A stretch of DNA of 64,000 nt, taken from the NCBI GenBank assembly GCA_017544805.1, contig JAFYDK010000056.1, positions 16,973 through 80,972 of the forward strand, in the 5' to 3' direction. Source of the DNA: Bacteroidales bacterium. Its GTDB lineage: Bacteria > Bacteroidota > Bacteroidia > Bacteroidales > UBA3824. Below are positions 39,726 through 49,391 of this stretch, piece after piece. The notes below the pieces were generated by a model. That model was not told the origin of the DNA. It ran no database searches and saw only the letters and a list, made by a program, of their open reading frames with translations. Within the stretch, counting starts at the first letter, position 1, and every line of letters begins with the position of its first letter. A program made the translations under genes and the position numbers.

Positions 39726-40922
39726 ATGCAAGAATACAATTTCCCGAAAATTATATTAAAGTCAGGTAAGGAACGCTCATTACAGAGGTTTCATCCTTGG
39801 ATTTTTTCCGGTGCAATCAAAAAAAATATCGGAAACGCTTTGGACGGCGAAGACGTTGTCGTTTATGACAATGCAGGAAAATTTTTAGGTTTAGGACATT
39901 ATCAAAAGACCGGAAGTATTTCGGTTAGGGTTTATAGTTTTGACGAAATCCTCCCCGGAAGGGAGTTTTGGAAAGAAAAAATTCTTAACGCAATCTCTAC
40001 TCGTAAGGTTTTAGGTTATATTGATAATCTTCAAACTAATGTTTTTAGAATTATTCACGGTGAAGGCGACGGGTTTCCGGGATTTATTTGCGATTTTTAT
40101 AACGGAATTTTGGTTTTTCAGGCTCATAGTCTCGGTATGTGGAAGTTGGAAGAGACTTTCAAAGATATTTTCTTGGAAATTTGGCCGGATAAAATTACGG
40201 CAATTTATGACAAATCCGACAAAACGCTGCCTAAATCCGAAGGCGTAACTCCTCAAAACAGATTTCTTTTCGGTTCTGAAAGCGAAAAAATAGTTTCAGA
40301 ATACGGAATGAAATTTTTAGTGAACGTAATCGAGGGACAAAAAACAGGCTATTTTATCGATCAAAGAGAAAACCGTAATCTTTTAAGAAAATATTCTTTA
40401 GGTAAAACGGTCTTGAATATGTTTTGTTATACGGGCGGTTTTTCGGTTTCATCCTTGAAGGGTGGAGCTAAAAGCGTTACTTCAGTTGATGCTTCTCAAA
40501 CTGCAATAGATTTGACAGTTAAGAATGGAGAATTAAACGGTTTTAAGGATAATCACGAGGCTTTGGCAACCGATGCTTTTGAGTATTTGGACAAAATGGA
40601 GAAAAACCGTTTTGATCTTATTATCCTTGACCCGCCGGCTTTTGCAAAACACGCTAACGTGGTCAATCAAGCCGTTAAAGGTTATCAAAGAATTAACCGT
40701 GCTGCAATGGAAAAAATAGCTCCGAATTCTATACTCTTTACGTTTTCGTGTTCACAGGCTATTGATAAGCTGACTTTCAGAATGGCTGTTATGGAGGCTT
40801 CTATTCAAGCAAAACGTAAGGTTAAAATCCTTCATCAGTTGTCGCAGCCTGAGGATCATCCTATCAGCATTTACCATCCGGAAGGAGAATATTTAAAAGG
40901 TCTTGTACTTTTTGTTGAGTAA
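39726..40922 (+). CDS. rlmI: Class I SAM-dependent 23S rRNA (cytosine-C5) methyltransferase RlmI-like
   Basis: N-terminal PUA-like region (HPWIFSG), GYFIDQR, NMFCYTGGFS and DPPAF motifs. Confidence 0.8.
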   Translation: MQEYNFPKIILKSGKERSLQRFHPWIFSGAIKKNIGNALDGEDVVVYDNAGKFLGLGHYQKTGSISVRVYSFDEILPGREFWKEKILNAISTRKVLGYIDNLQTNVFRIIHGEGDGFPGFICDFYNGILVFQAHSLGMWKLEETFKDIFLEIWPDKITAIYDKSDKTLPKSEGVTPQNRFLFGSESEKIVSEYGMKFLVNVIEGQKTGYFIDQRENRNLLRKYSLGKTVLNMFCYTGGFSVSSLKGGAKSVTSVDASQTAIDLTVKNGELNGFKDNHEALATDAFEYLDKMEKNRFDLIILDPPAFAKHANVVNQAVKGYQRINRAAMEKIAPNSILFTFSCSQAIDKLTFRMAVMEASIQAKRKVKILHQLSQPEDHPISIYHPEGEYLKGLVLFVE

Positions 40923-40924
40923 AA

Positions 40925-42709
40925 ATGGAATATACGGAATCACTGACTAATTACAACCGCTTTTTGACAAAAGAGGTTAATATCGGCGGCGTTAAAATCG
41001 GAAATCAAAATCCGATTGCCGTCCAAACTATGTGCAATACTTCAACTGACGATGTTGAAGCAACTGTTAATCAGATAGTAAACGTTGCGAGAAAAACTTC
41101 GTGCGATATTATTCGCGTAACCGTTCCTACATTAAAAGACGTCGAACCGTTAAAACAAATTCATCTTAGAGTCAGGGCTTTGGGTATTAAAATTCCTATT
41201 GTTGCCGATGTACATTTCAATGCGGAAATTGCTTTTAAATGTGCTCAAGTTGTTGAAAAAGTTCGTGTTAATCCGGGAAATTTCGGACATCACAATGCTG
41301 AATGTCTTTCTCAAAAAGAGTACGATGAGGAAGGTGATTTCTTGAAGAAAACATTTTCCGATTTCTTAAAAGTATGCAAACAATACGGTACGGCTGTCAG
41401 AATAGGAACAAATCACGGTTCGTTATCTAAAAGAATTTTAAACCGTTACGGCGATACACCTGAAGGAATGGTTGAATCGGTATTGGAATTCTTGAGGGTG
41501 GCAGAAAAAGAGAATTTTTCGGATATTGTTATCTCTTTGAAATCTTCAAACCCGACTGTTGCAATCCGTTCAGCAAGGCTTTTAGTGAAGGCGATGAAAA
41601 ACGAAAACATGAATTTTCCGTTGCATCTCGGTGTTACGGAGGCTGGCGAGGGTCAGGATGGCAGACAAAAATCTGCTGCCGGAATCTCTCCTTTGCTTCA
41701 GGACGGAATCGGCGGAACGATACGTGTTTCATTGACGGAAGACCCTGAAAACGAGATACTTCCCGCTCATGAAATTATCGCTTTTAACGATTGGGTAAAA
41801 GAAGCGGAAAAACTTCCTGAAATTCCGTTTTTCTACAATCCGTATGTTTATCAAAAGCGTAAAACGTTTTCTATCAATGGTTTCGGTGGTGATAATGTTC
41901 CTGGAGTTGCTATCGTTATAAAAGAAGAAAAAGACCTTTTGAGACTTCAAGAAAATCAAGAGCTTTTACAAAAGGAAAATAATTTCCCCGATTTGTTGAT
42001 TGTTGATAACAAGGATATTCTCTTTAAAGCAAAATCCTTGTTGAGAGGTATTAAGATTGTCGGTAAAAATTCAGATGATGAAGTTTTTTCGGTTTTAACA
42101 ATTTCCGAGAAAACAGATTATGAAAATTTGAAAAAAAATACTCTTAGTAATAGGTTGCTTATTGCCGAGCCATTGAGTCGCAACAAAGTGGGTGCATTGA
42201 GGTATATTTTTTATAAATTAAATCAAAACGGAATCGAAAATCCTGTCTTGTTGAAACCTGATGGCGGACAAGTATACGAAAAAAGTTTTGCTTTTACTGC
42301 ACAGTCTTGCGGAGTTTTTATTGATGGTTTCGGCGACGGAATTTGTCTTGAAAGCGGTTCTGATTTGATTGAAACTATACGGTTAGGCTTTAAAATTCTT
42401 CAAATAAGCCGTCTTCGCATTAGTGGTAACGAATATGTTTCGTGTCCGGGTTGCGGTCGTACACTTTACAACCTTCAAGATACTGTCAAAAAAATTAAAG
42501 AGGCAACTAAAAAATACAAAAACCTTAAAATTGCCGTTATGGGTTGTATCGTAAACGGTCCGGGCGAAATGGCGGATGCGGATTACGGTTATGTAGGAGC
42601 GGGGCGAAACAAAATATCGCTTTACAAAGCCGGAAAACCTGTTAAGACAGGAATTGATGAGGATTTTGCTGTTGAAGAATTGTTAAAATTAATAGATAAT
42701 TCATATTGA
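40925..42709 (+). CDS. ispG: 4-hydroxy-3-methylbut-2-en-1-yl diphosphate synthase (long, insert-containing form)
   Basis: RVNPGN, TNHGSL, GVTEAGEG, and C-terminal CPGCGRT and GCIVNGPGE motifs. The ~594-aa form is typical of Bacteroidota. Confidence 0.92.
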   Translation: MEYTESLTNYNRFLTKEVNIGGVKIGNQNPIAVQTMCNTSTDDVEATVNQIVNVARKTSCDIIRVTVPTLKDVEPLKQIHLRVRALGIKIPIVADVHFNAEIAFKCAQVVEKVRVNPGNFGHHNAECLSQKEYDEEGDFLKKTFSDFLKVCKQYGTAVRIGTNHGSLSKRILNRYGDTPEGMVESVLEFLRVAEKENFSDIVISLKSSNPTVAIRSARLLVKAMKNENMNFPLHLGVTEAGEGQDGRQKSAAGISPLLQDGIGGTIRVSLTEDPENEILPAHEIIAFNDWVKEAEKLPEIPFFYNPYVYQKRKTFSINGFGGDNVPGVAIVIKEEKDLLRLQENQELLQKENNFPDLLIVDNKDILFKAKSLLRGIKIVGKNSDDEVFSVLTISEKTDYENLKKNTLSNRLLIAEPLSRNKVGALRYIFYKLNQNGIENPVLLKPDGGQVYEKSFAFTAQSCGVFIDGFGDGICLESGSDLIETIRLGFKILQISRLRISGNEYVSCPGCGRTLYNLQDTVKKIKEATKKYKNLKIAVMGCIVNGPGEMADADYGYVGAGRNKISLYKAGKPVKTGIDEDFAVEELLKLIDNSY

Positions 42710-42774
42710 TAATAAAAGTTTGGCACAATTTTGTTGTTCAAAATCTTAATAAACAACCGGTTAAAATTATATTA

Positions 42775-43599
42775 ATGAAAAATATGAAACTATCAATCAA
42801 AAATATAGTTTGTTTGCTTTTAGTAATGCTGATTGGAATATCTTCAGCAAAGGCAGAGAAGGAAATGAAAATTGAAGGCATTTTTCAAGGCGTCAATTTA
42901 TATATAATGAATCCTTTTGCCACTACGGGTGTCGGGTTTTGCATTACTAAAATTACGGTAAACGGCAAAGCGGCTTTAGATGATACCAACAGGTCTTCTA
43001 TTGAGCTTAATCTCTCGCTTTATCAACTCAAAAAAGGTGAGCAGATAACCGTTATAATTCAGCACAAGGACGGCTGTACACCAAAGGTGCTGAATGTAGA
43101 TGCACTCAAACCGAAAAGCACTTTTACACTTGTTTCAACAAAATTTGACAAGACAACAAACACTTTTTCTTTTACCACGCAAGGCGAGATAGGCAGCCTT
43201 CCTTTTGAAATTGAACAGTTTAAATGGAAAAAATGGGTTCCCGTAGGAAAAGTTCAAGGCAAAGGTACTTCGGGTACTAATGTTTATCAAGTGCCGATTC
43301 CTCTTCATAGCGGAATTAATAAGATTAGAATCAAGCAATTGGACTGCACTCGTAAGCCGAGATATTCTAATGAGATTTCATGGACTAATACTGTTCCTGA
43401 GGTTACTTTTAAGCCCGGTAACAACGGGACTACGGACGGAAAAGTTACGTTTTCGCGTTCAACGGATTATGAAATTTATGACTTTTACGGTAAACGTTTG
43501 AAGGCAGGTAAAGGTACTTCAATTGACGTAAGTTCTTTCCCAAAAGGTACTTATTTTATTAATTATGATTGTAAAAGCGAATCATTTGAAAAGAAATAG
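42775..43599 (+). CDS. Hypothetical secreted protein with a T9SS-type C-terminal sorting domain
   Basis: Has a signal peptide. The C-terminal ...IYDFYGKRLKAGKGTSIDVSSFPKGTYFINYDCKSESFEKK resembles a Por secretion tail. Confidence 0.55.
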   Translation: MKNMKLSIKNIVCLLLVMLIGISSAKAEKEMKIEGIFQGVNLYIMNPFATTGVGFCITKITVNGKAALDDTNRSSIELNLSLYQLKKGEQITVIIQHKDGCTPKVLNVDALKPKSTFTLVSTKFDKTTNTFSFTTQGEIGSLPFEIEQFKWKKWVPVGKVQGKGTSGTNVYQVPIPLHSGINKIRIKQLDCTRKPRYSNEISWTNTVPEVTFKPGNNGTTDGKVTFSRSTDYEIYDFYGKRLKAGKGTSIDVSSFPKGTYFINYDCKSESFEKK

Positions 43600-43620
43600 T
43601 AAGATTTCTAAAAAAACATA

Positions 43621-43657
43621 AAAATCGGCGGTAAAACTTTTATCGCCGATTTTTTTA
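43621..43657 (+). terminator. Intrinsic terminator
   Basis: AAAATCGGCG (43621-43630) pairs with CGCCGATTTT (43644-43653), followed by a T-run. Confidence 0.8.
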
Positions 43658-43659
43658 TA

Positions 43660-43667
43660 TATTTTTG
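43660..43667 (+). promoter_or_regulatory. Bacteroidota -7 box (TAttTTTG)
   Basis: TATTTTTG lies 40 nt upstream of the ATG at 43707. Confidence 0.4.
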
Positions 43668-43706
43668 TTGTCAGAGGTTTTCTTAAAAAACTTTTGTATT
43701 ATTAAA

Positions 43707-43928
43707 ATGTTTCACAACGAAAAAAAAGAAAATATTTTAGTTCCTGTTGTTTGGGATAATGGTTCAACTGCCTCGGGTAAAGAGGCTCATGGTTATTTTA
43801 ATCATGCAACGGGTGAATATATCAACAATGCCGACGAAATGATTTCCGTTATGGTAAAGGCTGTAACTAATACTGACGAAGGTTATACTTTGGATTGGGT
43901 TTATAATAATTCCGCTCCGAAAAAATAG
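43707..43928 (+). CDS. Hypothetical 73-aa protein (stand-alone transcription unit)
   Basis: An ATG ORF framed by its own -7 box and flanking terminators. No family recognised. Confidence 0.35.
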   Translation: MFHNEKKENILVPVVWDNGSTASGKEAHGYFNHATGEYINNADEMISVMVKAVTNTDEGYTLDWVYNNSAPKK

Positions 43929-43953
43929 TTTTGATATAATTTTAAGGAAAAGA

Positions 43954-43995
43954 AAAATCCGGTTCGTTGGAGAAAAAACAGAACCGGATTTTTTT
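43954..43995. terminator. Bidirectional intrinsic terminator
   Basis: AAAATCCGGTTC (43954-43965) pairs with GAACCGGATTTT (43981-43992), flanked by A and T runs, between convergent genes. Confidence 0.8.
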
Positions 43996-44001
43996 GTATA
44001 A

Positions 44002-45744
44002 TTATTTCACTTTAGCATTTTTCTCTATTGTCCAATCTTTTCTGTTTAAGATGCCGGGTTTTTTGCCCAAAAACATTTTAGAGGCTTGAACATTGTTTTT
44101 TAGTTGCCAATCAAGCCATGCTAAGGCTGCAACCGAAAATTCTCCGCCGTTTGGTTGTAAATAAGTTCCTCCGTGTCCTACGGGAAGATTAATGGCTATT
44201 GCAGGAACGTGTTTGATTCTGTGAAAATCGTCCATACCGTTTTCGTATGCAATGTCGGGTTTGCCGCCTAAAATGTAAATTATTGGGGTATGAATGTCGT
44301 TTAATTTATCTTTTTTAGGCATTGGCATTCCCGGAACTGCTGAAACAGCGTTTTGATCGTTGAAAAGTCCGCTGTTGCAAATCATCAACGCTGAAATTCT
44401 CTTGTCAGCACAGTTGAAAAGGCTTTGCAAGCCGCCGCATGACATTCCTGAAAGACATATATGTTTTAAATCAAGTTTCTGATAATAGGGACTGTTTTTG
44501 TCTTCATTTACTCTGAAAGCCCAATCCAATGCTTCAATTTGTTGCTGTGGTGATGACATTTTCCCTTTGTACCAATCGTCTGTCATTGGGATATAACCCG
44601 TTGCGATTACTAAATAACCGTGTGAGGCTATTTCGTTTAAGAAATTTTTGTGTTCAAAAGGAGAGTTAGAGCAAGCTCCGTTGCCCCAAACGAGAACAGG
44701 CAATGGTTTTTGTGCTGAAAAACTGTTAAGATTTTGCGGACGGAAAATTGTATGTGCTGCCAAAGAACTTTCTTCGGTCATAACGGCTTTGAACTCGCCT
44801 GAACCGCCGTTTTCAATAATGCGTGTTTTGGGTGCTGATTCTTTTTTGAAGAAATCAGTCATCTTCTTGAAAGTCTGTTCGTTGAATGTATTAGGACCGT
44901 GTCCGCCACCAGGAACGCTGACAAATTCCTCCAAAACGCCTGCTTGTTTTAATTTTTCTGCAAAATATTTACTTTGACAATTAGGAACTATATCGTCGCT
45001 TTCTCCGTGAATAACTAAAAATTTAGGACACAAAGAATTAACATAATTTATCGGACTTAAAAGTTTAACTAAATCCTCTCTGTCGGCGGGTGCAAAACCT
45101 AATAAAGCTGCCTCGGGAGATTTATCGTCTTTAACGGTTTGACATTTTTCCATTCTTGACATATCAACAGGACCGAACCAGTCTACAACGGCATCAACAC
45201 GGCTGCTGTATTCAAGATTTCCGCCTGTTGAACCTTCTATTTCGATGGTTGTTGTGCCTGAAGTTGCTTGTTTTAAACCGTTGGTAACGCCCATGAACGA
45301 TGATAAATGTCCGCCTGAAGAAAACCCTGTAATACCGATAAATGATGTGTCCAAACGGTATTTGTCGGCATTAGCGCGGATAAATCTTATTGCTGCTTTT
45401 ACGTCGTGGATTTGAGCGGGAAATTTTGCTTCGCTGCTTGATTGGTGGTTGATGCTCACAACTGCAAATCCGGCATCCACTAAGGCTTTGCCAAGTGATT
45501 GGTATGCAATAACTTTGAAATTGTTAGAAAACCATGCACTACCGTAAATTAATACTATGGTTTTGAATTTGTTTTGTGGAGAATCGGGCAAGTAAATATC
45601 CAAACGGTGAGCCTCTTTGTCATCGCCGGCATAATTGATGTCCTTGAATGTTGCCGTGTTTTCCGGCATTTGAAATTGCGGCGGCTGAGCAAAACAACCA
45701 AAAGCCGCACAAATGATTAATAATGATAACAGTATTTTTTTCAT
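44002..45744 (-). CDS. Two-domain alpha/beta-hydrolase (tandem esterase)
   Basis: Has a signal peptide. The first domain has GFSSGGH (GxSxG) and HGESDD. The second has GMSCGG (GxSxG) and a VGHGG-type motif. Start taken at MKKILL (45744). Confidence 0.7.
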   Translation of the reverse strand: MKKILLSLLIICAAFGCFAQPPQFQMPENTATFKDINYAGDDKEAHRLDIYLPDSPQNKFKTIVLIYGSAWFSNNFKVIAYQSLGKALVDAGFAVVSINHQSSSEAKFPAQIHDVKAAIRFIRANADKYRLDTSFIGITGFSSGGHLSSFMGVTNGLKQATSGTTTIEIEGSTGGNLEYSSRVDAVVDWFGPVDMSRMEKCQTVKDDKSPEAALLGFAPADREDLVKLLSPINYVNSLCPKFLVIHGESDDIVPNCQSKYFAEKLKQAGVLEEFVSVPGGGHGPNTFNEQTFKKMTDFFKKESAPKTRIIENGGSGEFKAVMTEESSLAAHTIFRPQNLNSFSAQKPLPVLVWGNGACSNSPFEHKNFLNEIASHGYLVIATGYIPMTDDWYKGKMSSPQQQIEALDWAFRVNEDKNSPYYQKLDLKHICLSGMSCGGLQSLFNCADKRISALMICNSGLFNDQNAVSAVPGMPMPKKDKLNDIHTPIIYILGGKPDIAYENGMDDFHRIKHVPAIAINLPVGHGGTYLQPNGGEFSVAALAWLDWQLKNNVQASKMFLGKKPGILNRKDWTIEKNAKVK

Positions 45745-45780
45745 ATTATTGTTAATAAAAAAATTGATAAATCTTTGTTG

Positions 45781-45788
45781 CAAAGATA
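45781..45788 (-). promoter_or_regulatory. Bacteroidota -7 box (TAtcTTTG) for the esterase gene
   Basis: Plus-strand CAAAGATA lies 37 nt upstream of the ATG at 45744. Confidence 0.45.
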
Positions 45789-45849
45789 ATAAACTTTTCC
45801 CGGAAAGTTATTTCGGGAAAGTAGCGTGATGTTTTTAAAAAAAGAAAAC

Positions 45850-47049
45850 CTAATCCTCGTATAACAGATCGTCGTATGGATAACGTTCTGTGTGAATGCG
45901 TTTTGCCTCTTTATAAACAGCCTCTTTCAGTTCTTGAATGTTGGTTTTGTCTTTTGCTGAGATAAAAATGCACGGAGCGACAGACGAAAATTTCATTCTT
46001 AAAAAATCTTCCATTTCGCTGAGTGAATAATTCTCTTTTGTGCGCTCTGTTAAATCGTCATCATCTTTTTGCTCGAATTTGTAATTGTCAATTTTGTTGA
46101 AAACGAAAAATTTTGATTTTTTCTCTTTTGTGATTTCGTCGATCGTTTTTTCAACGACTTCCATTTGTTCCATAAAATTAGGATGAGAAATGTCTGTTAC
46201 GTACAACAAAATGTCAGCCTCACGTACTTCGTCCAATGTCGATTTGAAACTTTCAAAGAGGTTTTTGGGAAGTTTTCTGATAAAACCTACCGTATCCGAA
46301 AGTAAAAACGGAAGATTCTTTACGACAACTTTTCTGACAGTGGTGTCAAGGGTTGCAAAAAGTTTGTTTTCGGCAAAAACTTCCGATTTCGACCAAAGGT
46401 TCATAAGCGTTGATTTTCCGACGTTTGTGTAACCTATCAGAGCCACTCTTACGAGTTTTCCGCGGTTTTGACGTTGAACGTTTTTCTGATTGTCAATTTT
46501 TTGAAGTTCTTCCTTTAATTTGGAAATTCTGTCCCTGATGATTCGTCTGTCGGTTTCGATTTCTTTTTCGCCCGGACCTCTCATTCCGATACCGCCTTTT
46601 TGACGTTCAAGGTGAGTCCACATACCTGTTAAACGCGGCAAAAGATATTGATATTGAGCAAGTTCCACTTGTGTTTTGGAGTGAGCCGTCTGAGCTCTTT
46701 TGGCAAAAATATCAAGTATGAGATTGCTTCTGTCAATGATTTTGCATTTTAAAATTTCAGAAATGTTTCTGTATTGTGACGGCGAGAGTTCATCGTCGAA
46801 AATTGCGCAATCTATTTCGTTTTTTTCTACGAAGTCGGCTATTTCTTCGATTTTGCCTTTGCCAGTGTAAATTCTTGGATTGGGATATTCTGCTTTTTGT
46901 GAAAAACGTCCTACACATTCCACGTCAGCGGTTGCCGCCAAAAATTCAAGTTCCGAAAAATATTCGTCCAATTTTTTCTCGTCGGTATCTTTGGTTATAA
47001 GTCCGATGATTATTGCTTTTTCTTTTTCTGTTTTTGTTTCGTATGCCAT
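45850..47049 (-). CDS. hflX: GTPase HflX
   Basis: HflX N-terminal domain (ELAQYQYLLPRL, GPGEKEIETDRR), G1 GYTNVGKST, DTVGF and NKID. Confidence 0.9.
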   Translation of the reverse strand: MAYETKTEKEKAIIIGLITKDTDEKKLDEYFSELEFLAATADVECVGRFSQKAEYPNPRIYTGKGKIEEIADFVEKNEIDCAIFDDELSPSQYRNISEILKCKIIDRSNLILDIFAKRAQTAHSKTQVELAQYQYLLPRLTGMWTHLERQKGGIGMRGPGEKEIETDRRIIRDRISKLKEELQKIDNQKNVQRQNRGKLVRVALIGYTNVGKSTLMNLWSKSEVFAENKLFATLDTTVRKVVVKNLPFLLSDTVGFIRKLPKNLFESFKSTLDEVREADILLYVTDISHPNFMEQMEVVEKTIDEITKEKKSKFFVFNKIDNYKFEQKDDDDLTERTKENYSLSEMEDFLRMKFSSVAPCIFISAKDKTNIQELKEAVYKEAKRIHTERYPYDDLLYED

Positions 47050-47055
47050 TGTAAT

Positions 47056-48684
47056 TTAGGGTTTTAACAATGATTCAAATCTTGAAAAGTCGTTGAAAAG
47101 GCTGCCTGCGGAATCCAAATCGGGATTGCCTAAGTTCAAATACTTATAATAATTGTCATAATCGCACATAATATAATAAGCGCAGGCTTTGATTTGGTTT
47201 AAAACATCTTGTTTTATTGCCGAAATTTCTTTTTTATCCTTTTTAACGTCGATTTTTATGTTCATTAATGCTGCAAAGTTAAAAAAGTCATCAAGAAGTT
47301 TTTGCTCGTTTTCAAATAATTTTTCGACGAAAAACTTCTTTGTCTGAGCGGAATCCTTTTGAAACATTGTGCCGTATTTTCTTGCCGTGAACTTTGAAAA
47401 CAAAGAACATGAGTCTAATTTGTACAAAAGTCCGTTTGTAAAGCGTTTGTCAGCACCGATGAAAAAATCCGGCATTACGCCTCCGCCTTGATAAACTTTT
47501 CTGCCGTTTTTGGTGCGGAAAACTTTTGTGGTATCAAAAACGTAAGCGTTTGCGCTGTCGAATTCGCCCTTTTTGATTCTTGTGGTATAATCGGTGGCAT
47601 AACCTTCATATTTCTTTTGAAAACTTCTGCCCGAAGGTGTGTAATATCTTGAAGTCGTGAGTTTTATAAGCGAATTGTCAGAAAGGGAAATGGGGGTTTG
47701 AACAAGTCCTTTGCCGAAAGTTCGCCGTCCTAAAATCAATCCTCTGTCGTTGTCTTGAATTGCCCCGCTCATAATTTCAGAGGCGGAGGCTGTAAAATAA
47801 TTTACTAAACAAATGATTTTTAGGTCTTTGCACAGCGGATGACTGATTGTATCCGTTATCGTGTATTCTATTTCGTTTTCTCTTTTAACGGTATAGACAA
47901 TCGTATCGCCGGTGTTAAGGATTTCGCTGGCAATATCTCTTGCCGTATAAAGTAGTCCGCCGCCGTTGTCTCTTAAATCGATTATAAGGTTTTTGATTCC
48001 TTTGTCTTTCAAATCTTTGGTTTTTTGCAAAAACTCGTTGTAAGTTTTTTCTCCGAAAGAGGTAATTTTTATGTAACCCGTTAGACTATCGGTTTGATAA
48101 CCTGCCGGAATGGAAAGAATCGGAATGTCATCACGTTTTATATTGAAAACCAAAAGCGAATCCACGCCTTGACGTTTTACATAAAGTTTTACTTCGCTGT
48201 TTTTTTCGCCTAACAAAATCGTTGAAACGGAATTTTTGTTGCTAAGGGAATTTATTTCAACCGTATCGGCTTTCACAATGTTGTCGCCCGGAAGTATTCC
48301 TGCCTTTGCGCAAGGGCTGTCTTTCATCGTATAAACGACAAGTAAAGAATCGTTCATAAAAGAATATTCGATGCCTATTCCGCAAAATTGTCCTCGTATG
48401 TTTTTTTCAGAATAATTTCTGTTCTCGTAAGGAACGTATTTGGTGTGTGGATCGAGTTTTAGAAAAATATCCGGAATTATAAGTTCCGTAAGACTATCAA
48501 TATCAATTTTATCAACATAACGGTTGTCTATCAAATTGATTACGGACTGAAGTTTTGAAGGTTTACCGTTGAAAAGTGATATTCCGATGCCTTCTTTTGT
48601 AGTGCTGAAACAAAATTTTCCCGCTAACAATCCGCATAAAAAAATTGCAAAAACCTGTAAAGGCGTGTATTTTTTAATTTTCAT
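47056..48684 (-). CDS. S41-family C-terminal processing peptidase
   Basis: PDZ-like segment (GILPGDNIVK), IIDLRDNGGG, the catalytic ASASEI, and TFGKG. Confidence 0.85.
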   Translation of the reverse strand: MKIKKYTPLQVFAIFLCGLLAGKFCFSTTKEGIGISLFNGKPSKLQSVINLIDNRYVDKIDIDSLTELIIPDIFLKLDPHTKYVPYENRNYSEKNIRGQFCGIGIEYSFMNDSLLVVYTMKDSPCAKAGILPGDNIVKADTVEINSLSNKNSVSTILLGEKNSEVKLYVKRQGVDSLLVFNIKRDDIPILSIPAGYQTDSLTGYIKITSFGEKTYNEFLQKTKDLKDKGIKNLIIDLRDNGGGLLYTARDIASEILNTGDTIVYTVKRENEIEYTITDTISHPLCKDLKIICLVNYFTASASEIMSGAIQDNDRGLILGRRTFGKGLVQTPISLSDNSLIKLTTSRYYTPSGRSFQKKYEGYATDYTTRIKKGEFDSANAYVFDTTKVFRTKNGRKVYQGGGVMPDFFIGADKRFTNGLLYKLDSCSLFSKFTARKYGTMFQKDSAQTKKFFVEKLFENEQKLLDDFFNFAALMNIKIDVKKDKKEISAIKQDVLNQIKACAYYIMCDYDNYYKYLNLGNPDLDSAGSLFNDFSRFESLLKP

Positions 48685-49120
48685 TTTCCTTGCCGCAAGT
48701 GTTTTCGATGTTAATAAAAACCGTTTCTATGTTTGCTCTTTCAAGAAGTTTCAGACCGTCGTCGAGACGGTATTTTTCGCTGTAAACCACTCTTTTGATT
48801 CCGCTTTGAATTATTAGTTTGGCACATTCCAAACAAGGCGAGGCTGTAACGTAAAGCGTTGCACCGAGCGAACTATTGCCGGATTTGGCAACTTTTGTAA
48901 TCGCATTTGCCTCGGCATGAAGCACGTAAGGTTTTGTTGTGCCGTCCTCCAATTCGCATACGTTTTCAAAACCGGAGGGCGTGCCGTTGTAGCCGTCTGA
49001 AATTATCATTTTGTCCTTTACGAGCAATGCACCGACTTTTCGGCGGGTACAATATGAATTTTCAGCCCAAATACGTGCCATTCTGAGGTATCTCTTGTCT
49101 AACGCTTCTTGCTTGTCCAT
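48674..49120 (-). CDS. Deoxycytidylate (dCMP) deaminase
   Basis: HAEANA and PCLECA zinc-binding motifs. I prefer the start at MDKQEALDKRYL (49120) to the upstream extension. Confidence 0.85.
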   Translation of the reverse strand: MDKQEALDKRYLRMARIWAENSYCTRRKVGALLVKDKMIISDGYNGTPSGFENVCELEDGTTKPYVLHAEANAITKVAKSGNSSLGATLYVTASPCLECAKLIIQSGIKRVVYSEKYRLDDGLKLLERANIETVFINIENTCGKENEN

Positions 49121-49139
49121 GATTTTTTGTTTTATTTTT

Positions 49140-49382
49140 TTAAACCTCTTCAAAATCGGTATAGTCTCCGAAATCCTTTAGTAAATCCTTTTTGGATTTG
49201 CTTTTAGGTTCTTCGGGGTTTTTATAGATTTTAATCTGTCCTTCTTCTTTTTGCTGAAAATTATCATCAATCTCGTCGCAAAAATCGTTTCTCCTATCGT
49301 TGAAAAAAAGGTTGATAAAACTTCCGGCAAAAAGCCTTAACAGCATTATAATCAACAAAAATATTAAAAAAAATGTCAGCAT
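49140..49382 (-). CDS. Hypothetical small membrane protein
   Basis: 80 aa with an N-terminal TM helix and an acidic C-terminus, in an operon position between the OmpA-like and deaminase genes. Confidence 0.35.
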   Translation of the reverse strand: MLTFFLIFLLIIMLLRLFAGSFINLFFNDRRNDFCDEIDDNFQQKEEGQIKIYKNPEEPKSKSKKDLLKDFGDYTDFEEV

Positions 49383-49391
49383 AAAAAAAAC

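Noticed and set aside
45790-45835. Imperfect palindrome CTTTTCCCGGAAAGTTATTTCGGGAAAG between the hflX stop and the esterase start
   Set aside because: The stem is interrupted and lacks a clear U-tract. It may be a weak hflX terminator but is too ambiguous to call.
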